DNA from: Clostridia bacterium
GTDB lineage: Bacteria; Bacillota; Clostridia; UBA1212
Direction: 5' to 3'
Assembly: GCA_017461545.1 (NCBI GenBank)
Contig: JAFTXP010000003.1
Span: 15,549-79,548 of the forward strand
DNA: 64,000 bases
Shown: positions 50,637 through 61,319 of the stretch, piece after piece
Position numbering within the stretch: position 1 is the stretch's first letter
How the letters are laid out: each line of letters starts with the position of its first letter
The notes under the pieces: model-generated
Told to the model about the DNA's origin: nothing
The model's input: the letters and a program-made list of their open reading frames with translations, nothing else
The model's database searches: none
Position numbers and translations under genes: made by a program

Positions 50637-51530
50637 TCACATTTTTATTTCAATTTTCTTCGAAGCAGGCAGTTCTAAAAGCTCAGGATTTTCCAGCACA
50701 TATTTGAGCAATTTTATTGTTTTTGAATAATAGTAACCGTCGGCAATTCTCTCGTCGACTGTCAGACCTAAATCAATACTTTCTTTCATTTCATACGTGC
50801 CGTCATCGTTAAAGAACGGACGTTTTTTTATTTCACCGATTGCAGTAAACACCGAATTTGTTCCCCAATTTGTAAGATGGTGATATCCGCTGTGAAGTTT
50901 TATCGAGCCCAGATTTGTAAGAACGACAGAAGCGTAGTAGGGGTCGGTTGCGATAAGTGCATGAGGCATTTTGCCGTGCTTATCAAGCCATCTCGCAATG
51001 CGGATAAGAAACTTTGCAAGAAAACGCGGCATTTTATTGAAAATATCCATAGCATCGCTGGAAGCATCTCCATTGCCGCCGCGGCAGGATGTGACCATAC
51101 GCTTTATATCGTTATGTACGGAGTCTATTGTGGTATTTTCGTCAGCATGAATGATTGCCAGCCCCTCCTTGGACTCGTCCTGATACTGCTTTTTTATGAC
51201 AAATGCTGCGGTTACTTCATTTCTTTGGTATATGTTTCCGTTTGCAATAAAACGGTTCATCTTAGGGCGTAAAGTGATAACTTTAATCATTGCGGTGACA
51301 ATAAGCTGAAAGACATTATATTTGTAGTCTTTCGCGTCAATATTTTTATTTTCCAAATATTTAACTGCATTGGTCAAATCAATTTTTTCCGAAACAAAAG
51401 CCTCGTTGTCACATCTGTTCGGATAGATAAGCGGCATAACAAAATGCATGCTGTCAATGTCTCTTATCAGATATCCGTCTCTGCGGTCCCCTAAGCGACG
51501 TTTTCTTTTTTTCTGTGTGTTTTTTTGCAT
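50637..51530 (-). CDS. Stand-alone 2-oxo acid dehydrogenase E2-like acyltransferase catalytic domain
   Basis: RPKMNRF, TNLGSI, TVDERIADG, LENPELL; no lipoyl domain. Confidence 0.78.
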   Translation of the reverse strand: MQKNTQKKRKRRLGDRRDGYLIRDIDSMHFVMPLIYPNRCDNEAFVSEKIDLTNAVKYLENKNIDAKDYKYNVFQLIVTAMIKVITLRPKMNRFIANGNIYQRNEVTAAFVIKKQYQDESKEGLAIIHADENTTIDSVHNDIKRMVTSCRGGNGDASSDAMDIFNKMPRFLAKFLIRIARWLDKHGKMPHALIATDPYYASVVLTNLGSIKLHSGYHHLTNWGTNSVFTAIGEIKKRPFFNDDGTYEMKESIDLGLTVDERIADGYYYSKTIKLLKYVLENPELLELPASKKIEIKM

Positions 51531-51607
51531 ACAAATATCCTCCGAAATGATAAAACCATAAAATAATTATAAACAAAATGTAAAGTTCTGACAAGATTGC
51601 AAAAAAA

Positions 51608-51638
51608 CGCCTCCGCTGCAAATTTTGCAGCGGAGGCG
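51608..51638 (-). terminator. Intrinsic terminator of the lipoprotein gene
   Basis: CGCCTCCGCTGCAAA/TTTGCAGCGGAGGCG preceded by an A run (U tract on the minus strand). Confidence 0.75.
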
Positions 51639-51664
51639 GTCAGCCGTATTTATTACTGATTTTA

Positions 51665-52258
51665 TCAGAATTCGTATGAACCGATAAGTTCTCCATTAAT
51701 ATCAAAATATCTGAAAATAACTTTTTCTACAGCAGCGCATTCTTTTCTGATGGAATTTGCACTGGCTGTAAAGATGTCTTTTGAATTTTCAATTTGTGCA
51801 TCCATTGCTTCTTTGGCATTATCTGCAGTTTCTACTAAGTAATTGTAGTTGTAAACAAGATTGTTTCCTTCAGCTTCTATGCTGACATTAAATACTGAAG
51901 AACTTTGTTTGCTCACTAAATCTTTCGCACTGTCTACATATTCCTGTACAGTCATACCGGATGTCTCAGTAGGTGTTTCTGTCTCGGGGGCATCTGTCTC
52001 AGGAGCTTCTGTTTCCGGAGCATCTGTCTCAGGAGCTTCTGTTTCCGGGGCATCTGTCTCGGGAGCATCTGTCTCGGGAGCGTCTGTCTCAGGAGCGTCT
52101 GTTTCTTCCGGCTTTTCTGAATTTTTAAGGGCTTCCTCAAGTTTTTCTGTTGCCTCTTTAAGTTCGTCTATCTTTTTTGATGTCTCTGAATCTTCTCCGC
52201 ATCCGAAAAGTGTAAATACCATTACGAATGACAATACTATCATTAATACTTTTTTCAT
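51665..52258 (-). CDS. Lipoprotein with acidic APET(D/E) repeat linker (DUF4854-like C-terminus)
   Basis: Lipobox LFGC; eight pentapeptide repeats; small globular C-terminal domain. Confidence 0.8.
   Translation of the reverse strand: MKKVLMIVLSFVMVFTLFGCGEDSETSKKIDELKEATEKLEEALKNSEKPEETDAPETDAPETDAPETDAPETEAPETDAPETEAPETDAPETETPTETSGMTVQEYVDSAKDLVSKQSSSVFNVSIEAEGNNLVYNYNYLVETADNAKEAMDAQIENSKDIFTASANSIRKECAAVEKVIFRYFDINGELIGSYEF
51977..52096 (-). repeat. 15-bp coding tandem repeat x8
   Basis: (N)TCTGTYTCNGGRGC units encoding APETD/APETE. Confidence 0.9.
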
Positions 52259-52438
52259 TGTTTGCCTCCACTAGTAACTTATATTAGCGCGTGCTTGTTA
52301 ACGACTTGTTACACGCATAAAACGTATAATATACTTTTTTTGATTTTTTATCAAGATAATATTTACACGCATTGTGAAAGAAAACAATCCGTGCTAAACT
52401 GATATACGACTAAAACGAAAGGAACTGATTTCATCACA

Positions 52439-53176
52439 ATGAAAGATTTTGATGAGGAGCGTCTTTTCTCTTCGCGTATAAAGGACCTCGCAAGGTCTGC
52501 GGAAAAAGGAAATATATGCTATTCCGACTTTCTCACGCCTGCGGAGCGTTCACTTGTGCTGTGCATGAAAGAGCTTGCAGGAATATGCAGGGTGAGTTTT
52601 GACGGCGGATATCCTGAGGCCGAGAGAGTGCGTGCGAAATTTTTGCCGATTGACTTTGAATATGAAGTTGATTCTCCTGTCTTTGCTGTGGAAATCAGCT
52701 GCCGCATGGGTGAGTTCAGCCATCGCGAGGTGCTCGGTTCTGTGCTCGGTCTCGGCATTTCAAGAGGCAAAATCGGTGATATTATAATGGGTGATAAAAA
52801 ATGTACCGTTATATGCGACCCCGGGATTGCTTCATATATTATAGACAATCTTAAACGTGTAGGACGCATGGGTGTAAAAGTAAAAGAATGTACAGAGATA
52901 AACGTTTTTGAAACCGAAAATGAGACAATAACAGTATCGGTTGCGTCGCTTAGACTTGATATAATTGTTGCAGAGGGATTCTCAATATCAAGGACTCTTG
53001 CTGCCGAGATGATACGAGGCGGTCTTTGTTTTGTGAATTGGATTAAGACGGAGTCGCCTTCGAATACAGTGAAGCTCGGCGATGTGATTACACTGCGGGG
53101 AAAGGGCAGAGTAAAGCTCTCAAATATAGGCGGTCAGAGCCGTAAAGGTAAGACGTTCATTGACCTTTTAAAGTAG
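52439..53176 (+). CDS. ylmH: YlmH/Sll1252 family S4 RNA-binding protein
   Basis: DFLTP, GGYPEAER, HREVLGSVLGLGI.R.KIGDI, SLRLD, LRGKGR. Confidence 0.9.
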   Translation: MKDFDEERLFSSRIKDLARSAEKGNICYSDFLTPAERSLVLCMKELAGICRVSFDGGYPEAERVRAKFLPIDFEYEVDSPVFAVEISCRMGEFSHREVLGSVLGLGISRGKIGDIIMGDKKCTVICDPGIASYIIDNLKRVGRMGVKVKECTEINVFETENETITVSVASLRLDIIVAEGFSISRTLAAEMIRGGLCFVNWIKTESPSNTVKLGDVITLRGKGRVKLSNIGGQSRKGKTFIDLLK

Positions 53177-53263
53177 GGATTTATTTGTTTCGGTCTGTTT
53201 GACAGGTGTTATTATTTACGCTACTATATGAAACATTGTGACATGAATTTTACGGAGGATAAA

Positions 53264-54856
53264 ATGAGTTTTTTAAAAAAATCTATATTATATATAACAA
53301 TATTCTTAATTGCTCTATCAATGGTTGCCTGCAAAGACACTTCAGATGTTCCGGCTGTTTCGGATAGTCCGAACGGCAGTGTGGAAAACACAGACATTAT
53401 TATTCAATCAGCATCAGATATGCCTTCTGTTACAGACTTACCTGTCAGCAGCATATCAAATTCAGAGTCAATTTCTCCCGAAGCAACTGCATCTGCCGAT
53501 ATAAGTACACCCCCGACTCAAACGGCATCTGTTGCTGCTTCTCCGAAAAATACATCTGTTGTTCAGCCAACTGCGACAGCATCTGTTTCCGCAGCGACAT
53601 CAAGCCCTTATAACAGCAATAAGCCGGCGGGCACGTCCAAGCCCACGAATACATCTAAACAAACAAGCACTGCAAAACCGACAAGTTCTTCGGCATCGGC
53701 CGTAACTTCCAAAGCTACAACAACGCCGAAGAAAACAAGTCAAACTGCAACAGCTGCGACTCCGAAACCGACTGCGTCTTCAGGCATAAAAAGCAGTGAA
53801 CAGTACATAGAGTTTTTAAATAATAATTATAAGAATTATCAGGAAGTTGAATACGGACTTGATATCACAAAAAAAACTGATTTAGTGGGAATATGTTATA
53901 GCACATGGTTTACGGCTATTCATGCAGGAAACGGCAGATTGGTGAATTCGCACAACATTACAGACATCCTTGAAGGAAACGGAACATGGGGCAGTGCGGG
54001 ACAATTTCATTACTGGGCTGAGCCTGCGCTCGGATATTACACGAGCCATGATGAGTCCGTCATTCGTACACATATGACGCAGATTGCCGAAATGGGAGCA
54101 GACTATATAATAATTGACAATACAAATGTACAGATGCAATGGCAGAACAACCAGGACTGGTTCAGATTTGTAACGCGTCCCTGTACGGCACTTCTTGATA
54201 CCATTGTCGAGATGCGCGCAGAAGGTTTGGAAACGCCGTACGTAGTTTTTTGGAATAAGACAAGTGACGGACAGAATTGGGATGTTGTAAACGAAATATA
54301 TGACGAATTCATCTCTGTGGAAAAATGGAAGGACTGTTTTGTTTACTGGGAAGGCAAGCCTTTTGTACTTATAACTTCAAAAGTGTCCGGAACCCCTGAT
54401 TGCGATATTACAACCCGTGTGCAGTGGGGATTGAAACAAAGCCTCGGGACGAGTGAGTGGAGTTTTCTCAATATAACAAATGTTCCGTCGGTTGATGCTA
54501 ACCGTTTTGCAGAGCAGATATGTGTATGCACCGCGGTACAGGAAACATATATGTCCGACACAACGACAGCTCACGGACGAAATCACGGAATATTTATGTA
54601 TAATCAATGGAAAAATGCATTTAAATACAGACCGAAAGCAATCACTTTGACGTGGTGGAATGAATGGTGCGCACAACTCTCATACAGTGCAAACGGTACT
54701 CCGCAGTTCGTAGATAATTACAATCAGGAATACAGCCGTGATATAGAGCCGATGAAAGGCGGTCACGGAGATCAGTATTATCAATGGACAAAGCAGTATA
54801 TAACGGCATACAAAAACCACAGCAGCTGCCCGAGACTTGTCGAGGCAGGGTACTAA
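53264..54856 (+). CDS. Lipoprotein with Ser/Thr/Pro-rich linker and GH99/GH71-like glycoside hydrolase domain
   Basis: Lipobox MVAC; long S/T/P/A linker; VGICYSTW, HYWAEPALGYY, TWWNEW, SRDIEP motifs. Confidence 0.7.
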   Translation: MSFLKKSILYITIFLIALSMVACKDTSDVPAVSDSPNGSVENTDIIIQSASDMPSVTDLPVSSISNSESISPEATASADISTPPTQTASVAASPKNTSVVQPTATASVSAATSSPYNSNKPAGTSKPTNTSKQTSTAKPTSSSASAVTSKATTTPKKTSQTATAATPKPTASSGIKSSEQYIEFLNNNYKNYQEVEYGLDITKKTDLVGICYSTWFTAIHAGNGRLVNSHNITDILEGNGTWGSAGQFHYWAEPALGYYTSHDESVIRTHMTQIAEMGADYIIIDNTNVQMQWQNNQDWFRFVTRPCTALLDTIVEMRAEGLETPYVVFWNKTSDGQNWDVVNEIYDEFISVEKWKDCFVYWEGKPFVLITSKVSGTPDCDITTRVQWGLKQSLGTSEWSFLNITNVPSVDANRFAEQICVCTAVQETYMSDTTTAHGRNHGIFMYNQWKNAFKYRPKAITLTWWNEWCAQLSYSANGTPQFVDNYNQEYSRDIEPMKGGHGDQYYQWTKQYITAYKNHSSCPRLVEAGY

Positions 54857-54867
54857 TTATAAAAAGC

Positions 54868-54924
54868 ATCCCGCTGGAAAAAACCAAAATCCTAAAGGAT
54901 TTTTAATAATTTTTCCGGCGGGAT
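54868..54924. terminator. Inverted repeat between convergent genes
   Basis: ATCCCGCTGGAAAAA...TTTTTCCGGCGGGAT. Confidence 0.6.
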
Positions 54925-54976
54925 AACTTTTTGCGTAATGAAGGTTTAAAGCATGATTTTTATGCCGTAAATCGGT

Positions 54977-56917
54977 CTATTTAAGTTCGTTTAAATCGTT
55001 TACGGGCGGCATGCAACTGTGATTACGGCATACATAGTAAGTTGTTTTACCGTTTTTGAGAGGATATTCTTTTGTGGGTTTCTGCAAAAGAATAATGGCG
55101 GCTTCGGGGGAAATGTCAGGCGGAAAAATGTTTCTGTCTGTTTCTTTGTCGGGTACAACAGTCACTTTCATCGGCGGGTCGTTATAATCCAAAAGCGCAG
55201 TCAAAAACATTGAATATCCGGACGGATACCGTGATGCGAAGGCTGCGATAAATTCCAGCTGCCGCTCTGCCGCTGCTGCATATTTTTTATCGGAAGTAAT
55301 AAACGATAAGCGCACAAAATTGTATGCCATTAAAGAATTCCCGCTCGGAATCGCACCGTCGTATGTTTCTTTCGGACGCAATATCAATTCTTCGCTGTCA
55401 TTGCCGTATAAATAAAATCCTCCTGTATTGTCACCGAATTCTGTTGTGACCTTATCGCAAAGACGGATTGCTCTTTCTGAATACTTAGAATCCAGGGTCG
55501 CTCTGTACAAGCTGAGCTGAGCAAAAATATATGCGGCATAATCGTCTAAAAAACCTTTTACTCCGCGTTTTTCGTCCCGGAAACTTACAAACAGAGTATC
55601 ATTTTCGCACAGGTGCTTCTGTATAAAATCATCTGCATTTTTGGCAGTATTAAGATATATTTCTTTTTTGCTGACAAGGTACAGCTTGCACATGGCGGCT
55701 ATCATCAGTCCGTTCCATGAAGTCAGAATCTTATCATCAAGGTGGAGAGAGTACCTGTTTTTTCTGTAATTATCCAGTTGCCGTAAGAAAGTATCAAATG
55801 TTCTGTCGCACGGGTCGCTTTTAAGCAAATTAGGGATATTCTTTCCTTCGAAATTTCCTGCAGCGCTTATGTCAAAATGGCGGTTAAAAGCCTCTCCGCC
55901 TTTTTGTCCCAATACTTTTATTGTTTCGTCTGGGGTAAGAAGATAATACTTTCCCTCTTCGCCTTCGCTGTCGGCATCCTGTGCGCTGTAGAATCCGCCG
56001 TCTGGAGATGTCATTTCACGCATAATATACTCTGCGGTTTTTTCTGCGATTTCAAGATACAGCGTCTTTTTTGTGACATCGTATGCCGTACAGTAGGCCA
56101 ATATCATCAGCGCGTTATCATAAAGCATCTTTTCAAAGTGCGGAACAAGAAACTTTTTGTCGGTGGAATACCGGCAGAAACCAAATCCGATGTGGTCGAA
56201 CATACCTCCGCGGTACATTTGTGTGAGCGTGTGTTCAGCCATTTTTAAAAAATTTTCTTTTTTGAAGCGTTCATAGTAAGAGAGCAAGAATATCAGATTG
56301 TGGGGAGCAGGGAATTTCGGCGCGCGTCCGAAGCCTCCGTTATTTTTGTCGTAGAGTTTTTCGTAAATTTCCGCTGCAAAATGGGTTAACTGCATATCTG
56401 CGTTCCCGTATGTCACATCCGTGCTGTCAATATGGTTTATGATTTCATTTGACTGTTTAAGCAGAGCGCTGCGGTTATCGGTCCATGCTTTGTGAATCGC
56501 AATCAAAAGTTCCCGCAGACCGATCATGCCTCCGTACGCACTTTTGGGAAAATAAGTTCCTGCAAAAAACGGTTTTTGGTCTGACGTCATAAAAATACTT
56601 GTGGGCCATCCGCCGCTTCCGGTAAATGCCTGACATACTGCCATATAAACGTTATCAATATCAGGACGTTCTTCTTTATCAACTTTTATTGATATAAAAT
56701 ATCGGTTAAGGATATCTGCAATTTCCTCATCCTCAAAGCTCTCGTGTGCCATAACATGGCACCAATGGCATGTGCTGTATCCGATGCTCAAAAAGATCGG
56801 TTTGTCCTCCTCTTGTGCACGTTCAAACGCTTCATCGCACCAGGGATACCAGTCAACAGGGTTCTCTTTGTGCTGAAGCAAATAAGGACTTGTCTCATTT
56901 TTCAATCGATTACTCAT
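54977..56917 (-). CDS. yyaL: Thioredoxin-domain (DUF255) + six-hairpin protein, YyaL/SPATA20 family
   Basis: [53 protein letters not shown]. Confidence 0.92.
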   Translation of the reverse strand: MSNRLKNETSPYLLQHKENPVDWYPWCDEAFERAQEEDKPIFLSIGYSTCHWCHVMAHESFEDEEIADILNRYFISIKVDKEERPDIDNVYMAVCQAFTGSGGWPTSIFMTSDQKPFFAGTYFPKSAYGGMIGLRELLIAIHKAWTDNRSALLKQSNEIINHIDSTDVTYGNADMQLTHFAAEIYEKLYDKNNGGFGRAPKFPAPHNLIFLLSYYERFKKENFLKMAEHTLTQMYRGGMFDHIGFGFCRYSTDKKFLVPHFEKMLYDNALMILAYCTAYDVTKKTLYLEIAEKTAEYIMREMTSPDGGFYSAQDADSEGEEGKYYLLTPDETIKVLGQKGGEAFNRHFDISAAGNFEGKNIPNLLKSDPCDRTFDTFLRQLDNYRKNRYSLHLDDKILTSWNGLMIAAMCKLYLVSKKEIYLNTAKNADDFIQKHLCENDTLFVSFRDEKRGVKGFLDDYAAYIFAQLSLYRATLDSKYSERAIRLCDKVTTEFGDNTGGFYLYGNDSEELILRPKETYDGAIPSGNSLMAYNFVRLSFITSDKKYAAAAERQLEFIAAFASRYPSGYSMFLTALLDYNDPPMKVTVVPDKETDRNIFPPDISPEAAIILLQKPTKEYPLKNGKTTYYVCRNHSCMPPVNDLNELK

Positions 56918-56930
56918 TTGATTACCTCCG

Positions 56931-59156
56931 TTACAGTTCAGGGTGATTGGCCTGTGCTTTTAAACGTCTCCAGCGGAGATCGATTTCCTGCCGGATTGCA
57001 TCTCTGATTTCGTCATATTTTTCTTCGCAAAGATGTTTCGTTCTTCCCATCATTTTAAGCCAATCCTCCACGGGGATTTTTTTGCCACGCTGTTCCGGGT
57101 CATATGAGAGTGAAGTACAGCCGCGTTCTATCTCATACAGCGGGAAGTAACAGCAGTCTACGGCAGCCGAGATGACTTTACGCTCTGTATTTGGCTTATC
57201 TCCCCAGTTGAGAGGACAGGCAGAAAGACACTTAATGTAGGCTGTTCCGTAATTTTTTGCATAGTACTGAGCTTTAGCGGCCTTTTTTATAAAATCTGAC
57301 GGGTCTGACTCCGCCGCAGTTGCAACGTAGGGCATTCCTGTGGCAGCCATGATGTGCGGCATATCCTTATGAAAGAATGTTTTTCCCCACTGTTTTGACC
57401 CTATATGAGACGTGGCGCTTTTTGCCCCTATAGGCGTGGAGTAGGACAGCTGGTAGCCGGTGTTCATATATCCTCCGTTGTCGTATTCAAACAGTATCAG
57501 CGGATCTCCGCGCAACGCAGTTCCTATGGCTGACCCCATTCCGATATCCATGCCGCCGTCGCCGCTGACCATTATGAAAGTTATCTGACCTGCAGGCATT
57601 TCGCCGCGTTCCTGCCGCTGATGATACATTTTTGCAAGACCTGCAAGTGTCGCGGCACCGTTCTGAAAAAGATTGTGTACGTAAGGCACTCGAAAGGCTG
57701 TTTTAGGATATCCCGTGGTCACTACCATGCCGCAGCCTGTCTGGAAAAGAAGTACGACATTTCCTTCAATGCCTCGAAGAAGCAGATTCACATTGACCGG
57801 TATACCGCAGCCGGGACAAGCGCTGTGACCCGGTGCTAGCCGTTTGGGTCTTGCAGTTGTATCTCGAATATTGCCGCCTTTTACAGTTACTTTTCCGTTT
57901 TCTTCACTGCACGAGATAATTCCTGAGGCATCGGATTCCGTTATAGGTTTGAAGTAAGGATTTGAAGCAACTTCTGCATCTCCGGGATAAACTCCGATAT
58001 AATCAAACACGGGAGGGTTTTCCTCATAGCAGGTTTCAAGTAAACTTATAGCATCTTTTTCATAGAAATCACGGCCGCCGAGCCCGTATATTCTGCTGAG
58101 AACACGGGGCGTGAGTCCTTTTTGCTGCAGCGCTGCGCGGATTTCAAGCGACATATTTCCTCCTCCGGCGCCGTAACTGTCCTGTCTGTCCGCTATCAGA
58201 ACAGTATGGGCGTTTTTGCACAGATGCGCGATTTCCTCTGACGGAAAGGGGCGTAATATGCCCAAAGTGAATACACCTACACGCTTGCCGCTGCTCCGAA
58301 GACGGTCTACCGCGGATTTGGCGGTGCGGTATGCCGAACCAAGTACAAACAGCAGAACTTCAGCATCCTCTGTTCTGTATGATTTCAATATTTCAAGCGA
58401 TCTGCCCGACAGCTGTTCGTATTCACGGAATACGTCGGGAATCAATGTCCTCGCTCTCTCCATAGCTAAGTGAAGCTGATATTTGTTGTTCATCAGATCC
58501 GGTTCGTTCATGTAAGAACCAATGGTGACAGGATGCTCTGTGTCCAATATTCCGTAATTGCCACTGCACGGCCCTATGAATTCTCTGACGGTTTCATCAT
58601 CGGCAAATACATAGCTGTTACATTTTTGATGGCTTGTGAAAAAACCGTCAAATGCCAATATGACGGGAAGCCTTAATTGTTCTGCAATTTTCAGAGCACA
58701 GATGTTGATGTCGTACACTTCCTGCGGTGAATCGGCAAACAGTATCACCCAACCCGTGTTGAGCGTATACATCACATCGCTGTGGTCTCCTTTTATGGAA
58801 AGCGGTCCCGATACAGTGCGGCATGCAATGTTCAATACCATAGGAAGTCTTGTTCCCGACTGTACTGGCAGCTGCTCAAGTGCGTAGAGAAGTCCGTTTG
58901 CAGAGGTTGCATTAAATACTCTGCCTCCGCCTGCAGATGCTCCGTAGCAGATGCCGGCAGCACTGTGTTCGCCTTCGGCAGGTATCAGCGCAACGGTATG
59001 TTCTCCGTCCGCTCCCATTTGATCTAAGTATTCCGCTATCTGTGTAGAAGGAGTGATAGGGTAGTAACCCATCACATGATAATTGATCTGTTTTGCGGCA
59101 TAAGCTGCCATCTCGTTGCCGCTTTCAAATAAAAGTTTTTGTTCTGCCTGTGCCAT
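56931..59156 (-). CDS. 2-oxoacid:ferredoxin oxidoreductase, fused alpha+beta subunit
   Basis: SGNE, YPITPST, EGEHSA; C-terminal ACPGC, TGC and [16 protein letters not shown] motif. Confidence 0.9.
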   Translation of the reverse strand: MAQAEQKLLFESGNEMAAYAAKQINYHVMGYYPITPSTQIAEYLDQMGADGEHTVALIPAEGEHSAAGICYGASAGGGRVFNATSANGLLYALEQLPVQSGTRLPMVLNIACRTVSGPLSIKGDHSDVMYTLNTGWVILFADSPQEVYDINICALKIAEQLRLPVILAFDGFFTSHQKCNSYVFADDETVREFIGPCSGNYGILDTEHPVTIGSYMNEPDLMNNKYQLHLAMERARTLIPDVFREYEQLSGRSLEILKSYRTEDAEVLLFVLGSAYRTAKSAVDRLRSSGKRVGVFTLGILRPFPSEEIAHLCKNAHTVLIADRQDSYGAGGGNMSLEIRAALQQKGLTPRVLSRIYGLGGRDFYEKDAISLLETCYEENPPVFDYIGVYPGDAEVASNPYFKPITESDASGIISCSEENGKVTVKGGNIRDTTARPKRLAPGHSACPGCGIPVNVNLLLRGIEGNVVLLFQTGCGMVVTTGYPKTAFRVPYVHNLFQNGAATLAGLAKMYHQRQERGEMPAGQITFIMVSGDGGMDIGMGSAIGTALRGDPLILFEYDNGGYMNTGYQLSYSTPIGAKSATSHIGSKQWGKTFFHKDMPHIMAATGMPYVATAAESDPSDFIKKAAKAQYYAKNYGTAYIKCLSACPLNWGDKPNTERKVISAAVDCCYFPLYEIERGCTSLSYDPEQRGKKIPVEDWLKMMGRTKHLCEEKYDEIRDAIRQEIDLRWRRLKAQANHPEL

Positions 59157-59157
59157 T

Positions 59158-60285
59158 TTACATGAGCCCTCCGTCAACACGTTTTTCGTCTAAATAGGAT
59201 TCGCCCGTAATCCACGGGTCTGCTCCCCACGGGTCGAAATCAAGATTGTCTGCTATCAAATCTTTATTTCGGACAAACCATTGCTTTTCAGGGTGTTCCT
59301 GTTCTTTTCCCGTGATAAGTGCGCCTGTAGGACACACATCGACGCATCTGAGACAACCTTTGCAATGGTGATAATCAAGTCCGCGGTTTATCATAGAAGG
59401 CGTGCCGCGGTATTCCCCCGGCAAAAACTGAAACACCATATCGGGACAGGTTGTGTCACACATACCGCAGTGAATACATTTTTCAAAAAGAAATAGCGGA
59501 ATAAAGCCTTCTCTTGAGGTTGAAAGGTCATTTGATACAGTGCTGCCGAAATGCGGATTTGCGCCGCCCAAAGGTGCATTCCCATATCCCCATTTGCTGC
59601 GGATTTCCCGATAGGGAATTGCGTTATATCGTCCGTCGGGTTTGAAGATCTGGATTTTTAAATTGTTGCAGCCCTGTTCTATGCCTGCGAGATTATTCTG
59701 AAGCATTGAAGGGTACTTCTTTCCCAATGTATCTGAAACTAAAGCTTTTACCGCCTCAATGGGGATAAAGCCCGACGCCTTGGCAACTGCGCCCAGTATC
59801 ACCATGTTTACGCGGCTTTTGCTTTGAAGCGCCAGTTCCAATGCGTCAACACAGCAGACTGTACCTGCATGAAGTTGCAGCTTATCACGTATTTCCTCCG
59901 GAGAGGAATTTGTGTTTACAACTACTATGCAATCTTCTTTCACACCTGCTGTTACGGGCAGTGTCTTTGAAAGAGCGCTGTGGAACAGTACCAAAATATC
60001 GGGATGCTCCACGGGACTGTTATGAAGAATTTCACGCTCAGGTGCGCTCCAACGTATATATGACTTAACAGGCGACCCCCTTTTTTCCGAACCGTAGCTC
60101 GAAAAGGCAGATGCGTTAAGTCCTAAATATGCAGCGCCCAGTTCTCCGAGCAGTTTACCGCATAGATTAGCTCCCAGACCGCCGATACTTTCAAGACGCA
60201 TTTCATAACATCCGTTTTCGTTTATACGGGGAAGGCTGACCGGATAGCTTGCGTGTTGCTTTTGTTCTGTTGAATGTTTTTTCAT
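59158..60285 (-). CDS. 2-oxoacid:ferredoxin oxidoreductase, fused gamma+delta subunit
   Basis: IGGLGA, SYGSEKRG.P, NMVILGA; CIHCGMC..CPD and CKGCLRC..VCP 4Fe-4S motifs. Confidence 0.9.
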   Translation of the reverse strand: MKKHSTEQKQHASYPVSLPRINENGCYEMRLESIGGLGANLCGKLLGELGAAYLGLNASAFSSYGSEKRGSPVKSYIRWSAPEREILHNSPVEHPDILVLFHSALSKTLPVTAGVKEDCIVVVNTNSSPEEIRDKLQLHAGTVCCVDALELALQSKSRVNMVILGAVAKASGFIPIEAVKALVSDTLGKKYPSMLQNNLAGIEQGCNNLKIQIFKPDGRYNAIPYREIRSKWGYGNAPLGGANPHFGSTVSNDLSTSREGFIPLFLFEKCIHCGMCDTTCPDMVFQFLPGEYRGTPSMINRGLDYHHCKGCLRCVDVCPTGALITGKEQEHPEKQWFVRNKDLIADNLDFDPWGADPWITGESYLDEKRVDGGLM

Positions 60286-60368
60286 ACAAAACTCCTTTAA
60301 TCTTTTATATTATCATTGACTTAACAAGGCTTTGTTATGCGAGATTTGTTATATAAATATTCATACCT

Positions 60369-60397
60369 TTGACGGTAGCAAAAAACTGATGTATCAT
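60369..60397 (+). promoter_or_regulatory. Sigma-A-like promoter upstream of the HAD hydrolase gene
   Basis: TTGACG-17 nt-TATCAT. Confidence 0.5.
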
Positions 60398-60526
60398 GTC
60401 TGTTACAGTCTGCCTGTGAATAGAATGTATTTAAAATGCAGACCGGACTTGCGATAAATATGATTACAATCCGTAACAGATCGGCATCGGAGATCGTCGC
60501 GCTATATCACAAAAGAAAGGTAAACT

Positions 60527-61243
60527 ATGATGAACATAACAACGGTTTTATTTGACCTTGACGGAACTTTGGTTCCTATGGATCAGGATGTATTTGTAAA
60601 GGACTATTTTTCAAGACTTGCAGCTAAGATGTCTGTCTGCGGATATGAGCCGGAGGCGCTTTTGGGAGCTATGTGGCAAGGAATTAAGGCGATGATAAAA
60701 AATGACGGGGTGAAAACCAACGAAGAAATTTTCTGGCAGGTTTTTTCTTCTGTTCTCGGCGAAGAAATTTTAAATCATATGCCGAAGTTTGAAGAGTTTT
60801 ATGAAAAAGAGTTTGACAAGGTGAAGAGTGTGTGCGGATATAATTCCGCCGCTGCAGAAACTGTACATAAAATTAAGGGAAGCGGTTACCGTGTAGCCCT
60901 GGCAACAAATCCGCTGTTTCCCTCAATCGCAACTGAATTGCGTATAGCATGGGCAGGACTTAATCCTGAGGATTTTGAACTGGTTACAACTTATGAAGAT
61001 ATAGGTTACTGTAAACCAAACATTGAATATTATAAAGAGGTTGTAAGACGATTGGGGGTAAAACCCGAGGAATGTCTTATGGTGGGAAACGATGTGCGTG
61101 ATGATATGATTGCGGAAAAACTCGGCATGAAGGTTTTTCTGCTTACAGATTGCCTGATAAACAAAGCCGATGCAGATATATCACAGTATCCAAAGGGCTC
61201 TTTTGATGAATTGCTTACATATATTGACAGCCTGAAAAATTGA
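60527..61243 (+). CDS. HAD family hydrolase
   Basis: FDLDGTL, ATN, KP, MVGND..DD. Confidence 0.92.
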   Translation: MMNITTVLFDLDGTLVPMDQDVFVKDYFSRLAAKMSVCGYEPEALLGAMWQGIKAMIKNDGVKTNEEIFWQVFSSVLGEEILNHMPKFEEFYEKEFDKVKSVCGYNSAAAETVHKIKGSGYRVALATNPLFPSIATELRIAWAGLNPEDFELVTTYEDIGYCKPNIEYYKEVVRRLGVKPEECLMVGNDVRDDMIAEKLGMKVFLLTDCLINKADADISQYPKGSFDELLTYIDSLKN

Positions 61244-61319
61244 AATTTTCTTTATATAATTTTATTATTTGTATGATATTGTAGTAAATATTTTTAAACA
61301 TCTGACTGTGGAGGTAATC

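Noticed and set aside
51977-52096. CRISPR-like array
   Set aside because: The 15-bp repeats are contiguous, have no spacers, are in frame within a lipoprotein, and no cas genes are present.
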